From positions 68,259 through 132,258 of the forward strand of contig JAXHVD010000013.1 of the NCBI GenBank assembly GCA_034189385.1: 64,000 nucleotides of DNA, given 5' to 3'. Of the stretch, positions 47,163 through 57,275 are shown one piece after another. Numbering within the stretch: the first letter of the stretch is position 1; the number at the start of each line of letters is the position of its first letter. This DNA comes from Thermodesulfobacteriota bacterium. Lineage in GTDB: Bacteria; Desulfobacterota; Desulfobacteria; Desulfobacterales; C00003060. Position numbers and translations under genes: made by a program. The notes beneath the pieces were generated by a model. That model was not told the origin of the DNA, searched no databases, and saw only the letters and a program-made list of their open reading frames with translations.

Positions 47163-48218
47163 ATGAGCGGAAGAGCGAATTATTTTAAGATAGGCCTCTT
47201 TGTCATCGTCGCCACCACCTTGGCCGTCGTTTCTGTGATCATTTTGGGGGCCGGGGCGCTTTTTCAGAAAAAAACACTCATGGAGAGCTACTTTGAGGAG
47301 TCGGTGCAGGGGTTGGAGGTTGGTTCACCTGTCAAGTTTCGTGGGGTGGGGATCGGCAATGTGGAACTTATCACCCTCGTTGACAGAGAGTATGCCACGG
47401 CCCTTCAACACGTGCTTGTTCGGGTGGGGCTTTCCTCTGATGTGTGGAAGGCCAAACCGAAACAAGTGGGAGACCTAACAGAAGAGATAGAGCGAGGCCT
47501 TCGGGTTCGCCTTGCCTTTCAAGGGCTCACCGGAACGGCCTATCTCGAAGCCGATTACCTAGATCCCGAGCGCAACCCTCCCTTGAAGATCGATTGGACA
47601 CCTCGTTATTGTTACATCCCTTCTGCACCGAGCACCATCACGCGTCTTAGCGAGTCTCTAGACAGGATCATGAGGAGGCTGGAACAGGTCAAGATCGACA
47701 GAATCACAGAAGTGGTAGAGACCTCCTTAAAGGCATTCACCCAGGCTACCGAGGATGTTGACTTGAAAGAGACCAATGCCCAGGCGCAGGAGTTGTTGAT
47801 AGACTTGAGGGAGACCAACCGCCTTATCGCTGAAAGCCTGAAGGGGGGCAGATTGGAGTCCATCTTGTCAGACACCTCGGCGACCATGGGTGCGGCCCGT
47901 CGTATCGTTGAGGGCTCAGAGCCGTCTCTGGCAGAATTCCCAGCGGCCCTTTTGGAGGCCTCAAGGAATGTGGAGGCCTTCACGAAAAGGCTGGATGCAA
48001 TGTCTCAGGGCCTGCCCGATGCCTTTTCCAGACTCAAGGAGATTTTACACGAGATAGACGATCTCCTTTCCAGCCAGCAGCAAGACATTGCCATCACGGT
48101 TCGCAATATCAAGGCCGCTTCAGAGAACTTGAGAGAGCTGACCGAAAACGCCACAAGGTATCCGGCCCAGGTTCTTTTTGGAGAACCTCCGAGCCCCGTG
48201 GACCCTCAAGGGGAATGA
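47163..48218 (+). CDS. mlaD: MCE/MlaD-family substrate-binding protein
   Basis: An N-terminal anchor and the MCE domain (GLEVGSPVKFRGVGIGNVELI) are followed by a long helical C-terminal region. Confidence 0.8.
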   Translation: MSGRANYFKIGLFVIVATTLAVVSVIILGAGALFQKKTLMESYFEESVQGLEVGSPVKFRGVGIGNVELITLVDREYATALQHVLVRVGLSSDVWKAKPKQVGDLTEEIERGLRVRLAFQGLTGTAYLEADYLDPERNPPLKIDWTPRYCYIPSAPSTITRLSESLDRIMRRLEQVKIDRITEVVETSLKAFTQATEDVDLKETNAQAQELLIDLRETNRLIAESLKGGRLESILSDTSATMGAARRIVEGSEPSLAEFPAALLEASRNVEAFTKRLDAMSQGLPDAFSRLKEILHEIDDLLSSQQQDIAITVRNIKAASENLRELTENATRYPAQVLFGEPPSPVDPQGE

Positions 48219-48847
48219 GAATGGGCGCCCGTGTTTTGCTCAATACGATTGTTTTCACTGTGAGCCTTTGCCTGGTGAGCGGATGCGTCAGGCTTGAAAG
48301 AAGCTACCCTGACAAGCGTTGCTTTTTAATTCACCTTTCTCGCCCCGAAAAGGCCTCTCGTGCCTTGACAGATGAAGCCCTGAGGGTCTTTACCTTTTCC
48401 GTCTCTCCCCCTTACGAGGGAAAGGGCTTTGTTTACGCCAGAGGTGACAACAGGGTTGAGACTGACTTTTACAATGGGTTCGTCATCTCGCCCGGCACCA
48501 TGGTTACCGAAGAGGTCAGGCGGTGGATGGCAGGGTCTGGCTTATTCGGCCATGTTGGAGATATTTCCGCCTACGGCAACCCGGGCTATTTGTTGGGAGG
48601 CCGGGTTGCCGCCTTATACGGAGACTACGGTGATCCATCTGCCCCGAAAGCGGTTCTGAAAATGGAGTTTCTTCTCGCCCGCGACGTTTCTGCCGGCAAG
48701 GAAATCGTCTTTGAGAATCACTACCAGAGAACGATCTCCCTGGATAGGGGCTCTGCCAAGGCATTGGTTAACGGCTGGAGGGAGGCCCTCGAGGGCATTC
48801 TGCAAGATTTCGAAGGGGATCTAAGGGACTGCCTGCAAGGCCCCTGA
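48215..48847 (+). CDS. ABC-type transport auxiliary lipoprotein (DUF330/PqiC-like)
   Basis: Lipobox LVSGC. The ATG overlaps the mlaD stop, and its size and position after an MCE gene fit the family. Confidence 0.6.
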   Translation: MRMGARVLLNTIVFTVSLCLVSGCVRLERSYPDKRCFLIHLSRPEKASRALTDEALRVFTFSVSPPYEGKGFVYARGDNRVETDFYNGFVISPGTMVTEEVRRWMAGSGLFGHVGDISAYGNPGYLLGGRVAALYGDYGDPSAPKAVLKMEFLLARDVSAGKEIVFENHYQRTISLDRGSAKALVNGWREALEGILQDFEGDLRDCLQGP

Positions 48848-49056
48848 GGAGGTATGTCGTCCCTTCCTTACACAGTGGGCTTGACGATCTTTGGCGCTAT
48901 CGACTATACGAAGATAATTTGCTGGCCTGATCCTTTGCTGCTCACAGCGCAGCTTCAGTGTGCCTCAAAGCGCCACCGTAGAGAAACTGCCGCGAGGAGG
49001 CGAGAGACCGGGTCTGTGAATCCGTTTTCTGAAGGAAGGGAAAGAGGAGGTTGAAG

Positions 49057-49275
49057 ATGACGCTGAAAGGTATCATTTTTGTTGTGGGTTCTTTACTCTT
49101 TGCCACCTTTGTGGTGCAGAACGCCCAGGTGGTGGAGGTGCGATTTCTCTTCTGGCACACCGAGGCCTCAAGGGCTTTGGTCTTGGTTGGGACTTTTGCC
49201 TTTGGACTGATCGCCGGCTGGCTGACCGGCTGGCTGCGGAAAAAAGAACCCAAGGCCACGGAAAAAGACGACTGA
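49057..49275 (+). CDS. LapA-domain (DUF1049) small inner membrane protein
   Basis: ATG 49057 lies 6 nt after GAGGAGG. Two TM helices flank NAQVVEVRFLFWHTEASRALV, the LapA_dom pattern. Confidence 0.6.
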   Translation: MTLKGIIFVVGSLLFATFVVQNAQVVEVRFLFWHTEASRALVLVGTFAFGLIAGWLTGWLRKKEPKATEKDD

Positions 49276-49368
49276 GCAGTGATTGAGGGGGCTAGTTGAT
49301 GGGGTGGGAAGAGGTGCTGTGTTCACCCCTGGAGGGCGCTTTTTCAAAGCTGCGTCTCATGGGCATGG

Positions 49369-51972
49369 ATGTTTGCTGCACCAATAGGTGAACTAATGGG
49401 ACAGGGCGCCCAAAGGCCGGTGGATTGGAAGCGGAAGAAAGGTACCCTTGGAACCTTCGCCGGGGTCTTCACTCCGAGCATCTTGACCATCCTTGGGATT
49501 ATCCTGTTCCTGCGGTTGGGCTACGTGGTGGGAAATGCGGGCCTGGCTCGGGCATTTGTAATCATTTGCCTTGCCAATGCCATCTCCATTCTCACCTCCT
49601 TTTCCCTGTCTGCCATTGCCACGAACCTCAAGGTCAAGGGCGGCGGCGATTACTACCTTATATCGCGCACCCTTGGTGTGGAGTTTGGCGGCGCTATAGG
49701 CATCGTCCTGTTCCTTGCCCAATCGGTTTCCATTGCCTTTTACTGCATCGGTTTTGGCGAGGCCGTGGTCGGCATGTTGCCGGACACGACTACAGTCCCC
49801 CCTCAAATGGTTGCAGCAGCAGCCGTGTCCTTTCTTTTCATCTTTGCTTGGCTAGGGGCGGATTGGGCCACAAGGTTCCAGTATGTCGTGATGGGCTTAC
49901 TGGTTTGCGCCCTGCTATCATTTTTTATTGGCGGCCTGGCAAAATGGGACACTGCCACTCTCGTCCAGAACTGGGCAAGGCCTGCGGCCGGTCCAGGTTT
50001 CTGGGTTCTGTTCGCTATCTTCTTCCCCGCCGTCACCGGCTTCACACAAGGCGTGAGCATGTCCGGCGACCTTGAAGATGCAGGAAAAAGTCTTCCCCTC
50101 GGTACTTTCTCGGCCGTAGGGATATCGATCATCGTTTACTTTGCCGTGGCCATTATTTTTGCTGCCGGTCAGCCCGGCAGCGTGTTGATGTCCGATTACG
50201 GTGTGATGAAACGTGTTGCCCACACCGGCGTTCTCATTAATGCGGGTGTGGTTGCTGCCACGCTGTCATCGGCTATGGCCTCCTTTCTGGGCGCCCCCCG
50301 GATCCTGCAATCCATGGCAACCGATCGGATCTTTACCTTTCTTCTGCCCTTTGCCAAAGGTGCCGGGCCGAGCGGCAATCCTCGCAGAGGCGTCTTGCTT
50401 TCCATGGCCATCGCGTTTGTCACCATTGGTCTGGGAAAACTCAACGTGATCGCGCCGGTGGTATCCATGTTCTTTCTGATTTCATACGGTCTTCTCAACT
50501 ATGCTACATTTTATGAGGCACGGGCATCGAGCCCTTCTTTCCGTCCTCGATTTCGTTGGTATGATCTTCGATTAAGTCTCTTGGGGGGGATTGTCTGCCT
50601 CGGTGCCATGCTGGCCGTTGACCTAACGGCAGGCGCCATGGCCATGGCCGTTCTCTTTGCCCTCTACCAGTATCTTAAGAGGACCGCAGGCCCAGCACGC
50701 TGGGCCGACAGCACCCGATCCTATCATCTCCAGCGCGTTCGGGAGCATCTCCTGGCCACAGCTGCAGAGCCCGAGCATCCTCGGGATTGGCGGCCCCAGA
50801 TTCTTGCCCTGTCCAATCATTCCCATAGACGCGAGCAGTTGCTTCGTTTCGCCTCCTGGATTGAAGGTGGAAGCGGCCTAACCACAGCAGTTCGTGTTCT
50901 AGAGGGAGAAGGAGTCAAGATGCTGAAGCTTCGGGAAGAAGCTGAAGCAGAACTCTCTGAAGATATTGCCGAGCATGGGTTGAAGGCATTTCCCTTGGTG
51001 GTCGTTGCCCCCAGCCTTCCGGTCGGCATCCACACGTTGGTTCAGGCCTTTGGCGTTGGGCCTCTGAAGGTGAATACAGTTCTCCTTAACTGGCTTGAGG
51101 AGACTCCCAAGGGCGTTCTGGCTTTTGGAGAGCGGCTGTACGGAAGGAATCTTCGGGTGGCTTTTCGACTGGGCTGCAATATCATTGTGTTGGATGCTGA
51201 GGAAAACGAGTGGTTGGCCCTGGAAGGGGTCTCTACCGAGAATCGGCGCATCGATGTCTGGTGGTGCGACGATGCAACAGGTCGGCTCATGTTATTGCTA
51301 GCCTATCTTATGACCAGAAGCGAGGCCTGGCGAGAGTCAAAAATCAGGCTTCTTCAGGTCTGCTGCCAGCATGCATCAGACGAAACAAGGCAACGTCTGG
51401 AACAGGTACTCGCAGAGGTGCGGATCGAGGCCGAACCAGAGATCGTGGAGAACACGAGCCCCGATGCCGTGGCCGAGCATTCGGCCGGGGCAGCCCTTGT
51501 GTTTCTTCCCTTTCGCCTTAAGGGGAATCAAGTGGTGGACCCATTCGGCGGCCCCTTGGGCGACACCCTTTCACGACTGCCTGTGGCGGCGGCTGTGCTC
51601 GCGGCTGAGGACATCGATCTGGACGCCGAACCTGAAGAAGGAAAGGCCGGCAAGGTTGCCGAGGCCCTGGATGCCTTGGCCGATGCGGAAAAAAAGGCTG
51701 AGGAGACGGAAAAGGCAGCTGTCGAAGCTGCTGAAAAGGCCGATGACAAGCTACAAGAAATGAGAAACGTCGTCGCCTCGGGCGTCGATGCTGAGACTAT
51801 GGCAAAGATAGGCGCCGATGCCAAGAAGGCGAGGGATGAGGCGACGCGGGCTGCCCGACGGGCTGCAAAGGCTCAGGCCAAGACGGAAAATGCGGCCAGG
51901 GAAGTAGAGAGGCTGGGGGCGAAACCGGCCAAGGCCGAAAAAGGGGTGGAGGAAAAAGAGGAGGGGCAATGA
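49369..51972 (+). CDS. APC-superfamily cation-chloride cotransporter-like permease (SLC12-like) with a large cytoplasmic C-domain
   Basis: 867 aa. The 12-TM amino-acid-permease fold (GTFAGVFTPSILTILGIILFLRLGYVVG) is followed by an SLC12-type C-terminal domain and an A/E/K-rich coiled tail. The exact start is uncertain (49369 or 49396). Confidence 0.75.
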   Translation: MFAAPIGELMGQGAQRPVDWKRKKGTLGTFAGVFTPSILTILGIILFLRLGYVVGNAGLARAFVIICLANAISILTSFSLSAIATNLKVKGGGDYYLISRTLGVEFGGAIGIVLFLAQSVSIAFYCIGFGEAVVGMLPDTTTVPPQMVAAAAVSFLFIFAWLGADWATRFQYVVMGLLVCALLSFFIGGLAKWDTATLVQNWARPAAGPGFWVLFAIFFPAVTGFTQGVSMSGDLEDAGKSLPLGTFSAVGISIIVYFAVAIIFAAGQPGSVLMSDYGVMKRVAHTGVLINAGVVAATLSSAMASFLGAPRILQSMATDRIFTFLLPFAKGAGPSGNPRRGVLLSMAIAFVTIGLGKLNVIAPVVSMFFLISYGLLNYATFYEARASSPSFRPRFRWYDLRLSLLGGIVCLGAMLAVDLTAGAMAMAVLFALYQYLKRTAGPARWADSTRSYHLQRVREHLLATAAEPEHPRDWRPQILALSNHSHRREQLLRFASWIEGGSGLTTAVRVLEGEGVKMLKLREEAEAELSEDIAEHGLKAFPLVVVAPSLPVGIHTLVQAFGVGPLKVNTVLLNWLEETPKGVLAFGERLYGRNLRVAFRLGCNIIVLDAEENEWLALEGVSTENRRIDVWWCDDATGRLMLLLAYLMTRSEAWRESKIRLLQVCCQHASDETRQRLEQVLAEVRIEAEPEIVENTSPDAVAEHSAGAALVFLPFRLKGNQVVDPFGGPLGDTLSRLPVAAAVLAAEDIDLDAEPEEGKAGKVAEALDALADAEKKAEETEKAAVEAAEKADDKLQEMRNVVASGVDAETMAKIGADAKKARDEATRAARRAAKAQAKTENAAREVERLGAKPAKAEKGVEEKEEGQ

Positions 51973-52009
51973 AGATAGATGGATGTGAATACCTGGTCGG
52001 AGAGACTGT

Positions 52010-53116
52010 ATGAATGTGGCAGACTCCATAAGGGCCTTTTCCTGGTCCCTTGGTGTGTTTGGTGCAGCCGTTCTGACGGGGCTTGTGGGACACTTCTTGC
52101 TCTTCAAAATCGGGGCCCTGTTGGCCGGACGCACGGAGGCTGTTTTTGACAATTCCATGTTCCAACGTTTTCGCGGCCCTTCTCGGCTTATTATCCCCCT
52201 TCTGGCGGTAAGCTTTGTGATACCACTGACGGGTCTATCTCCTGCCACAGAGGGTTTGTTGAGGCAGGCCGTCAGCCTCGTTCTCATTGCTGCAACGGCA
52301 TGGCTGATGATCAGGGCGGTCTATGTGCTTGAAGATGTGGTCGTGTTTCGATTCAGAGTGGATGTGGCAGACAATATCAGGGCCAGAGCCATTCATACAC
52401 AGTTTCAGATCTTCAAGAAAGTGGCCATCGTTGTTATCATCATACTGGCATTGGCCATCATCCTTACGACCTTTGAGAAGGTCCGCCACCTGGGCACGAG
52501 CATCCTGGCATCAGCCGGCATCGCCGGCATCATCGTGGGCTTTGCGGCCCAGCGGTCTATCAGCACCTTGCTGGCGGGGCTTCAGATTGCCATCACCCAA
52601 CCGATTCGACTTGATGACGTGGTGGTCGTAGAAGGCGAATGGGGACGGATCGAAGAGATCACCCTGACCTATGTGGTCGTTCGCATCTGGGATTTGCGGC
52701 GTCTGGTTCTTCCCATTACTTACTTTCTTGAAAAGCCCTTTGAAAATTGGACAAGGGTCTCGGCCGAGGTGCTGGGCACGGTGTTCGTCTATGTGGACTA
52801 TACCGTCCCGGCAGAGGCCGTTCGGGAAGAACTGCGCCGTATCGTGGAGAAATCACCGTCGTGGGACGGCAAGGTGTGCCTCCTGCACGTCACGAACGCC
52901 ACCGAGCGCACGGTGGCGTTGCGAGCCCTTGTGAGCGCCAGGGATTCTGGAAAGGCCTGGGACCTTAGATGTGAGGTAAGGGAGAAACTCATTGCCTTCG
53001 TTCAAGAGAAATATCCCGACGGGTTGCCCAAGGTGCGCGCTGAGTTTGAAGCTTTGAAAAAAGAGGCCAACCTCACCCAGCTTTCTGAAGCAAAGGAGAG
53101 GGGGAAAGATGGATAA
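52010..53116 (+). CDS. Mechanosensitive ion channel (MscS family)
   Basis: 368 aa with TM helices and the MscS core ISTLLAGLQIAITQPIRLDDVVVVEGEWGRIEEITLTYVVVRIWDLRRLVLP. Confidence 0.85.
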   Translation: MNVADSIRAFSWSLGVFGAAVLTGLVGHFLLFKIGALLAGRTEAVFDNSMFQRFRGPSRLIIPLLAVSFVIPLTGLSPATEGLLRQAVSLVLIAATAWLMIRAVYVLEDVVVFRFRVDVADNIRARAIHTQFQIFKKVAIVVIIILALAIILTTFEKVRHLGTSILASAGIAGIIVGFAAQRSISTLLAGLQIAITQPIRLDDVVVVEGEWGRIEEITLTYVVVRIWDLRRLVLPITYFLEKPFENWTRVSAEVLGTVFVYVDYTVPAEAVREELRRIVEKSPSWDGKVCLLHVTNATERTVALRALVSARDSGKAWDLRCEVREKLIAFVQEKYPDGLPKVRAEFEALKKEANLTQLSEAKERGKDG

Positions 53117-53191
53117 ATCATCAAAACGGCCCGGCCTGCGCGGCGGCCCGGTCGTTGATAGACCCTTTCATCTGTTTAGGAGAAACATTTT

Positions 53192-55459
53192 ATGAAACAG
53201 ACTGGCAACCGCAGCATTGGTGCACTTTTTTTTGTGTGTTTTTTTGTGGTTTCAGCGCTCCTTGTTCTTATGAGCCCTTCGAATTTTTTGGAGGGTGTTC
53301 AGCACACTGCTCATGCCTCATCAAGGGCCGTCAAGGAGGCAGATAGGACCGGGAACAATGGGCAAGCCCCAAGGGGTAAGTCAGAGGCTGAGGAACAGCG
53401 CGAAGAAGGTGGGGCAACCGATGAAAAGACGTTGAAAGCACCTCAGGAGAGGGACAAGGCAGGCGCCCAGAAACTGAAACAGGCACCCCAGGGTCCCAAG
53501 GCCTGTCCGGAAGATAATGCTGGGAAGGCAAAGGAGGGGGGACCCTCCCATCTCCTTGCGCGGAGAACCGGTGCGTTGAAGGGGCTGGGGTGGGGGGCGA
53601 TTGGAGAAGAACTGGGCCGCCTGACCAGCCATCTCGTCATTTTATTCTCAGCAAGTGCGTGGGCAGGCGGAATCAAGAGCATCTGGAATGCAAGCGGCTT
53701 TTCAGGTTTTTCTCCAATTCTCCTTCTCATGATCATCCTCTTTCTGGCTTTCCGACTACGCCACCGCTGTATGGTTCTTGCACAACGTCCCTTTTGGGAT
53801 ACGCGCCCCTGGCCCCATGTTGGAATGGAGCTTTTCTATCGTTCGCTGCCACTCTTTGCAGTGGTCCTGTTTCTGTATGCCTCCATGGAAGCTCAGTACG
53901 GCGACTTCACCCTTCCACTTGTTCGGGCTGTCTTCTATGTCCTGATGATATGGTTGTTCTCCAGATGGGCCCATGGCTTTCTCCGGTTTTGGCAGGAACG
54001 GGAGGGTTTGCTCTTTTCAAAGAAGGCCATAAACCGTCTGCGTATCCTTGTTACAATGGCCATGGCTTTCAGCATCGCCTATATCGTCATAGGGTCTATG
54101 CTCGGCAGCGAGAGCATGCTTCTTCTCATTGGCCGCTTGGGCTTTTCAGTAGCCTTTTTTTTCTGGACGGCATCTTTTTCAAAGGCTCTTACCCCAAAGG
54201 CGGCTGAAGCTTTGCCGACAGAACCTCCACTGTTTTTGAAGACCAGGTCAGTCTTGATCGGTTTCCTGTACGTGATTGCCTCGGTCGGTTTCCTCGTGGA
54301 ACTGGCAGGCTATGGCCGACTGGCGTTATACTGGTACATATCATGGGGGCGGACCGCTGTCGTCGTGCTGTGGGCTACAGTCTTCCTGTTCTTGCTCCAC
54401 GAATGGCATTTGGATTTTGCCAGAAGCTCCTTGAGCGATGAGAACGGGTCAAAGGTGACGACCCGTCCCATCAAGTGGCTCCTTATGCGCCTTGCCTGGG
54501 TGGCCTGGCTTGGAGCAGTTATTGCCTTTTTCTTACTTGCCTGGGGGGCCAAGCAGACCGTATTGCTCAGCTGCATCCAAGTGTTGAGCCGCCCCATCCA
54601 GGCGGGGAGCATACGTTTCAGCCTGGTGGGTTTTGTGTATGCCTTCTTCATCTTGCTCATCACGCGCACGGCAGCCCGCTTTGGGCGCCACGTCCTTGAA
54701 AGCAGGTTGCTGATAGACAGCGGGCTGGAAGCAGGTGTGCAGGAGTCGGTTATCTCTGTTACGGTCTACCTCTTGTGGGCCTTGGGCATCGTGGTTGCCC
54801 TGACTGCCCTCGGCTTCAGCACCACGTCTCTCACCGTGGCCTTGGGCGCCTTAGGCGTTGGCCTTGGGTTTGGCTTGCAGAACATCTTCAATAATTTCGT
54901 CAGCGGTCTCATCCTTCTTTTTGAAAGACCGGTGCAAGTGGGAGATGCTATTGAAGTGAATGGGACTTGGGGGACCATTTCAAAAATAAGAGTCCGATCC
55001 ACTGTCGTTCAGACCTACGACAACGCTTCCCTAATCATCCCCAATGCCGACATGATCAGCAACCAGGTCACCAACTGGAGCTTCAGGGATCTTCGGTTAC
55101 GACGGTGGATCACGGTGGGGGTGGCCTACGGATCGGATACGGAATTGGTGCGAAAAACACTTTTGGAAATTGCTCACGCAGAGCGGAAGGTCTTAAAGAG
55201 GCCCCGCCCCGATGTCCTATTTAGGGATTTCGGCGACAGCGCTCTCATTTTCAGTTTGCGGGTATGGAGCACCATAGACGATTTCATCGCCATGGAAACC
55301 AATGTCCGTTTTGAGGTCGATCGGCTCTTCAGGGAGAGAAACATCGAGATCGCCTTCCCCCAGCGCGACATCCACATCCGCTCCGTGGTTGAAGGGGCCG
55401 AACCTTTGGCTCCAGTCGGCCAACGTGAGGAGATCAAAAAAACCGACGAGACCGGGTAG
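53192..55459 (+). CDS. Large mechanosensitive channel (MscK/MscM-like, MscS family)
   Basis: 755 aa with a signal/anchor, a low-complexity charged region, ~10 TM helices and the MscS core NNFVSGLILLFERPVQVGDAIEVNGTWGTISKIRVRSTVVQTYDNASLIIPN. Confidence 0.85.
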   Translation: MKQTGNRSIGALFFVCFFVVSALLVLMSPSNFLEGVQHTAHASSRAVKEADRTGNNGQAPRGKSEAEEQREEGGATDEKTLKAPQERDKAGAQKLKQAPQGPKACPEDNAGKAKEGGPSHLLARRTGALKGLGWGAIGEELGRLTSHLVILFSASAWAGGIKSIWNASGFSGFSPILLLMIILFLAFRLRHRCMVLAQRPFWDTRPWPHVGMELFYRSLPLFAVVLFLYASMEAQYGDFTLPLVRAVFYVLMIWLFSRWAHGFLRFWQEREGLLFSKKAINRLRILVTMAMAFSIAYIVIGSMLGSESMLLLIGRLGFSVAFFFWTASFSKALTPKAAEALPTEPPLFLKTRSVLIGFLYVIASVGFLVELAGYGRLALYWYISWGRTAVVVLWATVFLFLLHEWHLDFARSSLSDENGSKVTTRPIKWLLMRLAWVAWLGAVIAFFLLAWGAKQTVLLSCIQVLSRPIQAGSIRFSLVGFVYAFFILLITRTAARFGRHVLESRLLIDSGLEAGVQESVISVTVYLLWALGIVVALTALGFSTTSLTVALGALGVGLGFGLQNIFNNFVSGLILLFERPVQVGDAIEVNGTWGTISKIRVRSTVVQTYDNASLIIPNADMISNQVTNWSFRDLRLRRWITVGVAYGSDTELVRKTLLEIAHAERKVLKRPRPDVLFRDFGDSALIFSLRVWSTIDDFIAMETNVRFEVDRLFRERNIEIAFPQRDIHIRSVVEGAEPLAPVGQREEIKKTDETG

Positions 55460-55529
55460 GGGGAAGCTCCTTTCCTTGCTCGCCTTTGGCGCGAGGGGGA
55501 AGGTGAGGCGGTTACTGGAGGACTTTGGT

Positions 55530-57155
55530 ATGAGTGTGCGTGAACAGATCGAATCCATATTTCCAGAAGAAGAGGAGATCCCCGAAAGGGTCCTTGCTGG
55601 GATTCCCATCCACCAAGACAGATTCCTTGTCAACGGGGAGGTCAGGCGCTGGAGCGGCCCCATGCAGGAGGTCTATTCGCCCGTTTGCGTGACAACGTCG
55701 AAAGAGGCTTTCCCAAAAAGAGTGGGCAGCTATCCGCTCCTGACAGAAAAGGAGGCCGTGGACGCCCTGGACGGGGCTGTTCAGGCCTATGACCATGGCA
55801 GGGGGCTCTGGCCCACCATGCCTGTAGGGGAGAGGATTGCCCACATTGAAGACTTCACCCATAGGATGATCGAAAAGAGGGACGATGTGGTGAACCTTTT
55901 GATGTGGGAAGTGGGCAAGTCCTGCCAGGATTCAGAGAAGGAGTTTGACAGAACGGTCCAGTATATCGGAGACACCATAGGCGCCCTAAAAGACCTGGAT
56001 CGCCTCTCATCGCGGTTCGTTATTGAACAGGGCATTATGGGGCAGATCCGCCGCGCCCCCCTGGGTGTTGCCCTCTGTATGGGGCCCTTCAACTATCCCT
56101 TGAATGAGACATTTGCTACCCTTATTCCAGCGCTCATCATGGGCAACAGCGTCATCATCAAACCGCCGAAACACGGGGCGTTACTTTACGGTTGTCTCCT
56201 GGAGGCCTTCAGGGACGCTTTTTCCAAAGGCGTGGTCAACACGGTCTACGGAAAGGGCCGCGAAGTCCTGCCGCCCCTTATGTCCTCTGGGAAGATCGAC
56301 GTCCTTGCCTTTATTGGTACCAGCCGTGGGGCGAACCAGTTAAAAAAACAGCACCCGAGGCTGCACCGATTGCGTTCCGCCCTAGGGATGGAAGCAAAGA
56401 ACGCGGGTATCATTCTGCCTGATGCGGACATGGATCTCGCTGTGAGAGAGTGTGTCCTGGGATGCCTGTCATTCAACGGCCAGCGGTGCACGGCGCTCAA
56501 GATCCTTTTTGTCCATTCGAGGATTTTGGATTCCTTTCTTGAGAGCTTTTCTGAAGCCATTGGCAGGCTCACATGCGGCATGCCCTGGGAAGAGAAGGTT
56601 TTCATCACCCCCCTTCCTGAGCCGAAGAAACCGGATTACTTGACCGGATTAGTGGAAGATGCCGTACATTTCGGTGCCAAGGTCGTCAATAAGGATGGCG
56701 GTTGCGTGAATCAGACCTTTTTTTATCCTGCATTGCTCTTTCCGGTAAACGACGCCATGAAGGTCTATCACGAAGAGCAGTTCGGGCCGGTGATTCCCGT
56801 CATTGCCTTTGACGATATCGAAACACCGATACAGTATGTCATCGGCTCCAATTATGGACAGCAGTTGAGTATATTTGGCACCGATCCTGGCGCCATCGCC
56901 CGTTTGATCGACCCCCTGGTCAATCAGGTGTGCAGGGTCAACATCAACAGCCAGTGTCAGAGGGGGCCTGACACCTTTCCCTTTACGGGCAGAAAAGACT
57001 CTGCTGAAGGGACCCTCTCTGTTGCAGATGCCCTGCGGGTCTTTTCCATCAGGACCCTTGTGGCGGCCAAAGAGGCGGAAATAAACAAGGAGATCATGAC
57101 CAGGATTGTGAGGGATCGTGCCTCAAAGTTTCTTTCCACTGACTTCATCCTGTAG
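55530..57155 (+). CDS. gapN: NADP-dependent non-phosphorylating glyceraldehyde-3-phosphate dehydrogenase-like aldehyde dehydrogenase
   Basis: ALDH superfamily with the catalytic Cys in FNGQRCTALK and Glu in MEAKNAG-type context. The N-terminus VNGEVRRWSG is typical of GapN. The ORF-track start 55302 overlaps the upstream gene and is rejected. Confidence 0.7.
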   Translation: MSVREQIESIFPEEEEIPERVLAGIPIHQDRFLVNGEVRRWSGPMQEVYSPVCVTTSKEAFPKRVGSYPLLTEKEAVDALDGAVQAYDHGRGLWPTMPVGERIAHIEDFTHRMIEKRDDVVNLLMWEVGKSCQDSEKEFDRTVQYIGDTIGALKDLDRLSSRFVIEQGIMGQIRRAPLGVALCMGPFNYPLNETFATLIPALIMGNSVIIKPPKHGALLYGCLLEAFRDAFSKGVVNTVYGKGREVLPPLMSSGKIDVLAFIGTSRGANQLKKQHPRLHRLRSALGMEAKNAGIILPDADMDLAVRECVLGCLSFNGQRCTALKILFVHSRILDSFLESFSEAIGRLTCGMPWEEKVFITPLPEPKKPDYLTGLVEDAVHFGAKVVNKDGGCVNQTFFYPALLFPVNDAMKVYHEEQFGPVIPVIAFDDIETPIQYVIGSNYGQQLSIFGTDPGAIARLIDPLVNQVCRVNINSQCQRGPDTFPFTGRKDSAEGTLSVADALRVFSIRTLVAAKEAEINKEIMTRIVRDRASKFLSTDFIL

Positions 57156-57275
57156 CCAGGGGAGTGAAACCCTTTGTGCGGTCACCTCACCGCCAGAACA
57201 GGCTGGTGGGCAAGTGACCTGCGGTGGCAAACCCAGGCCCCTGGAGGAAGTCAATGACAAGGGGGCGATACACTA

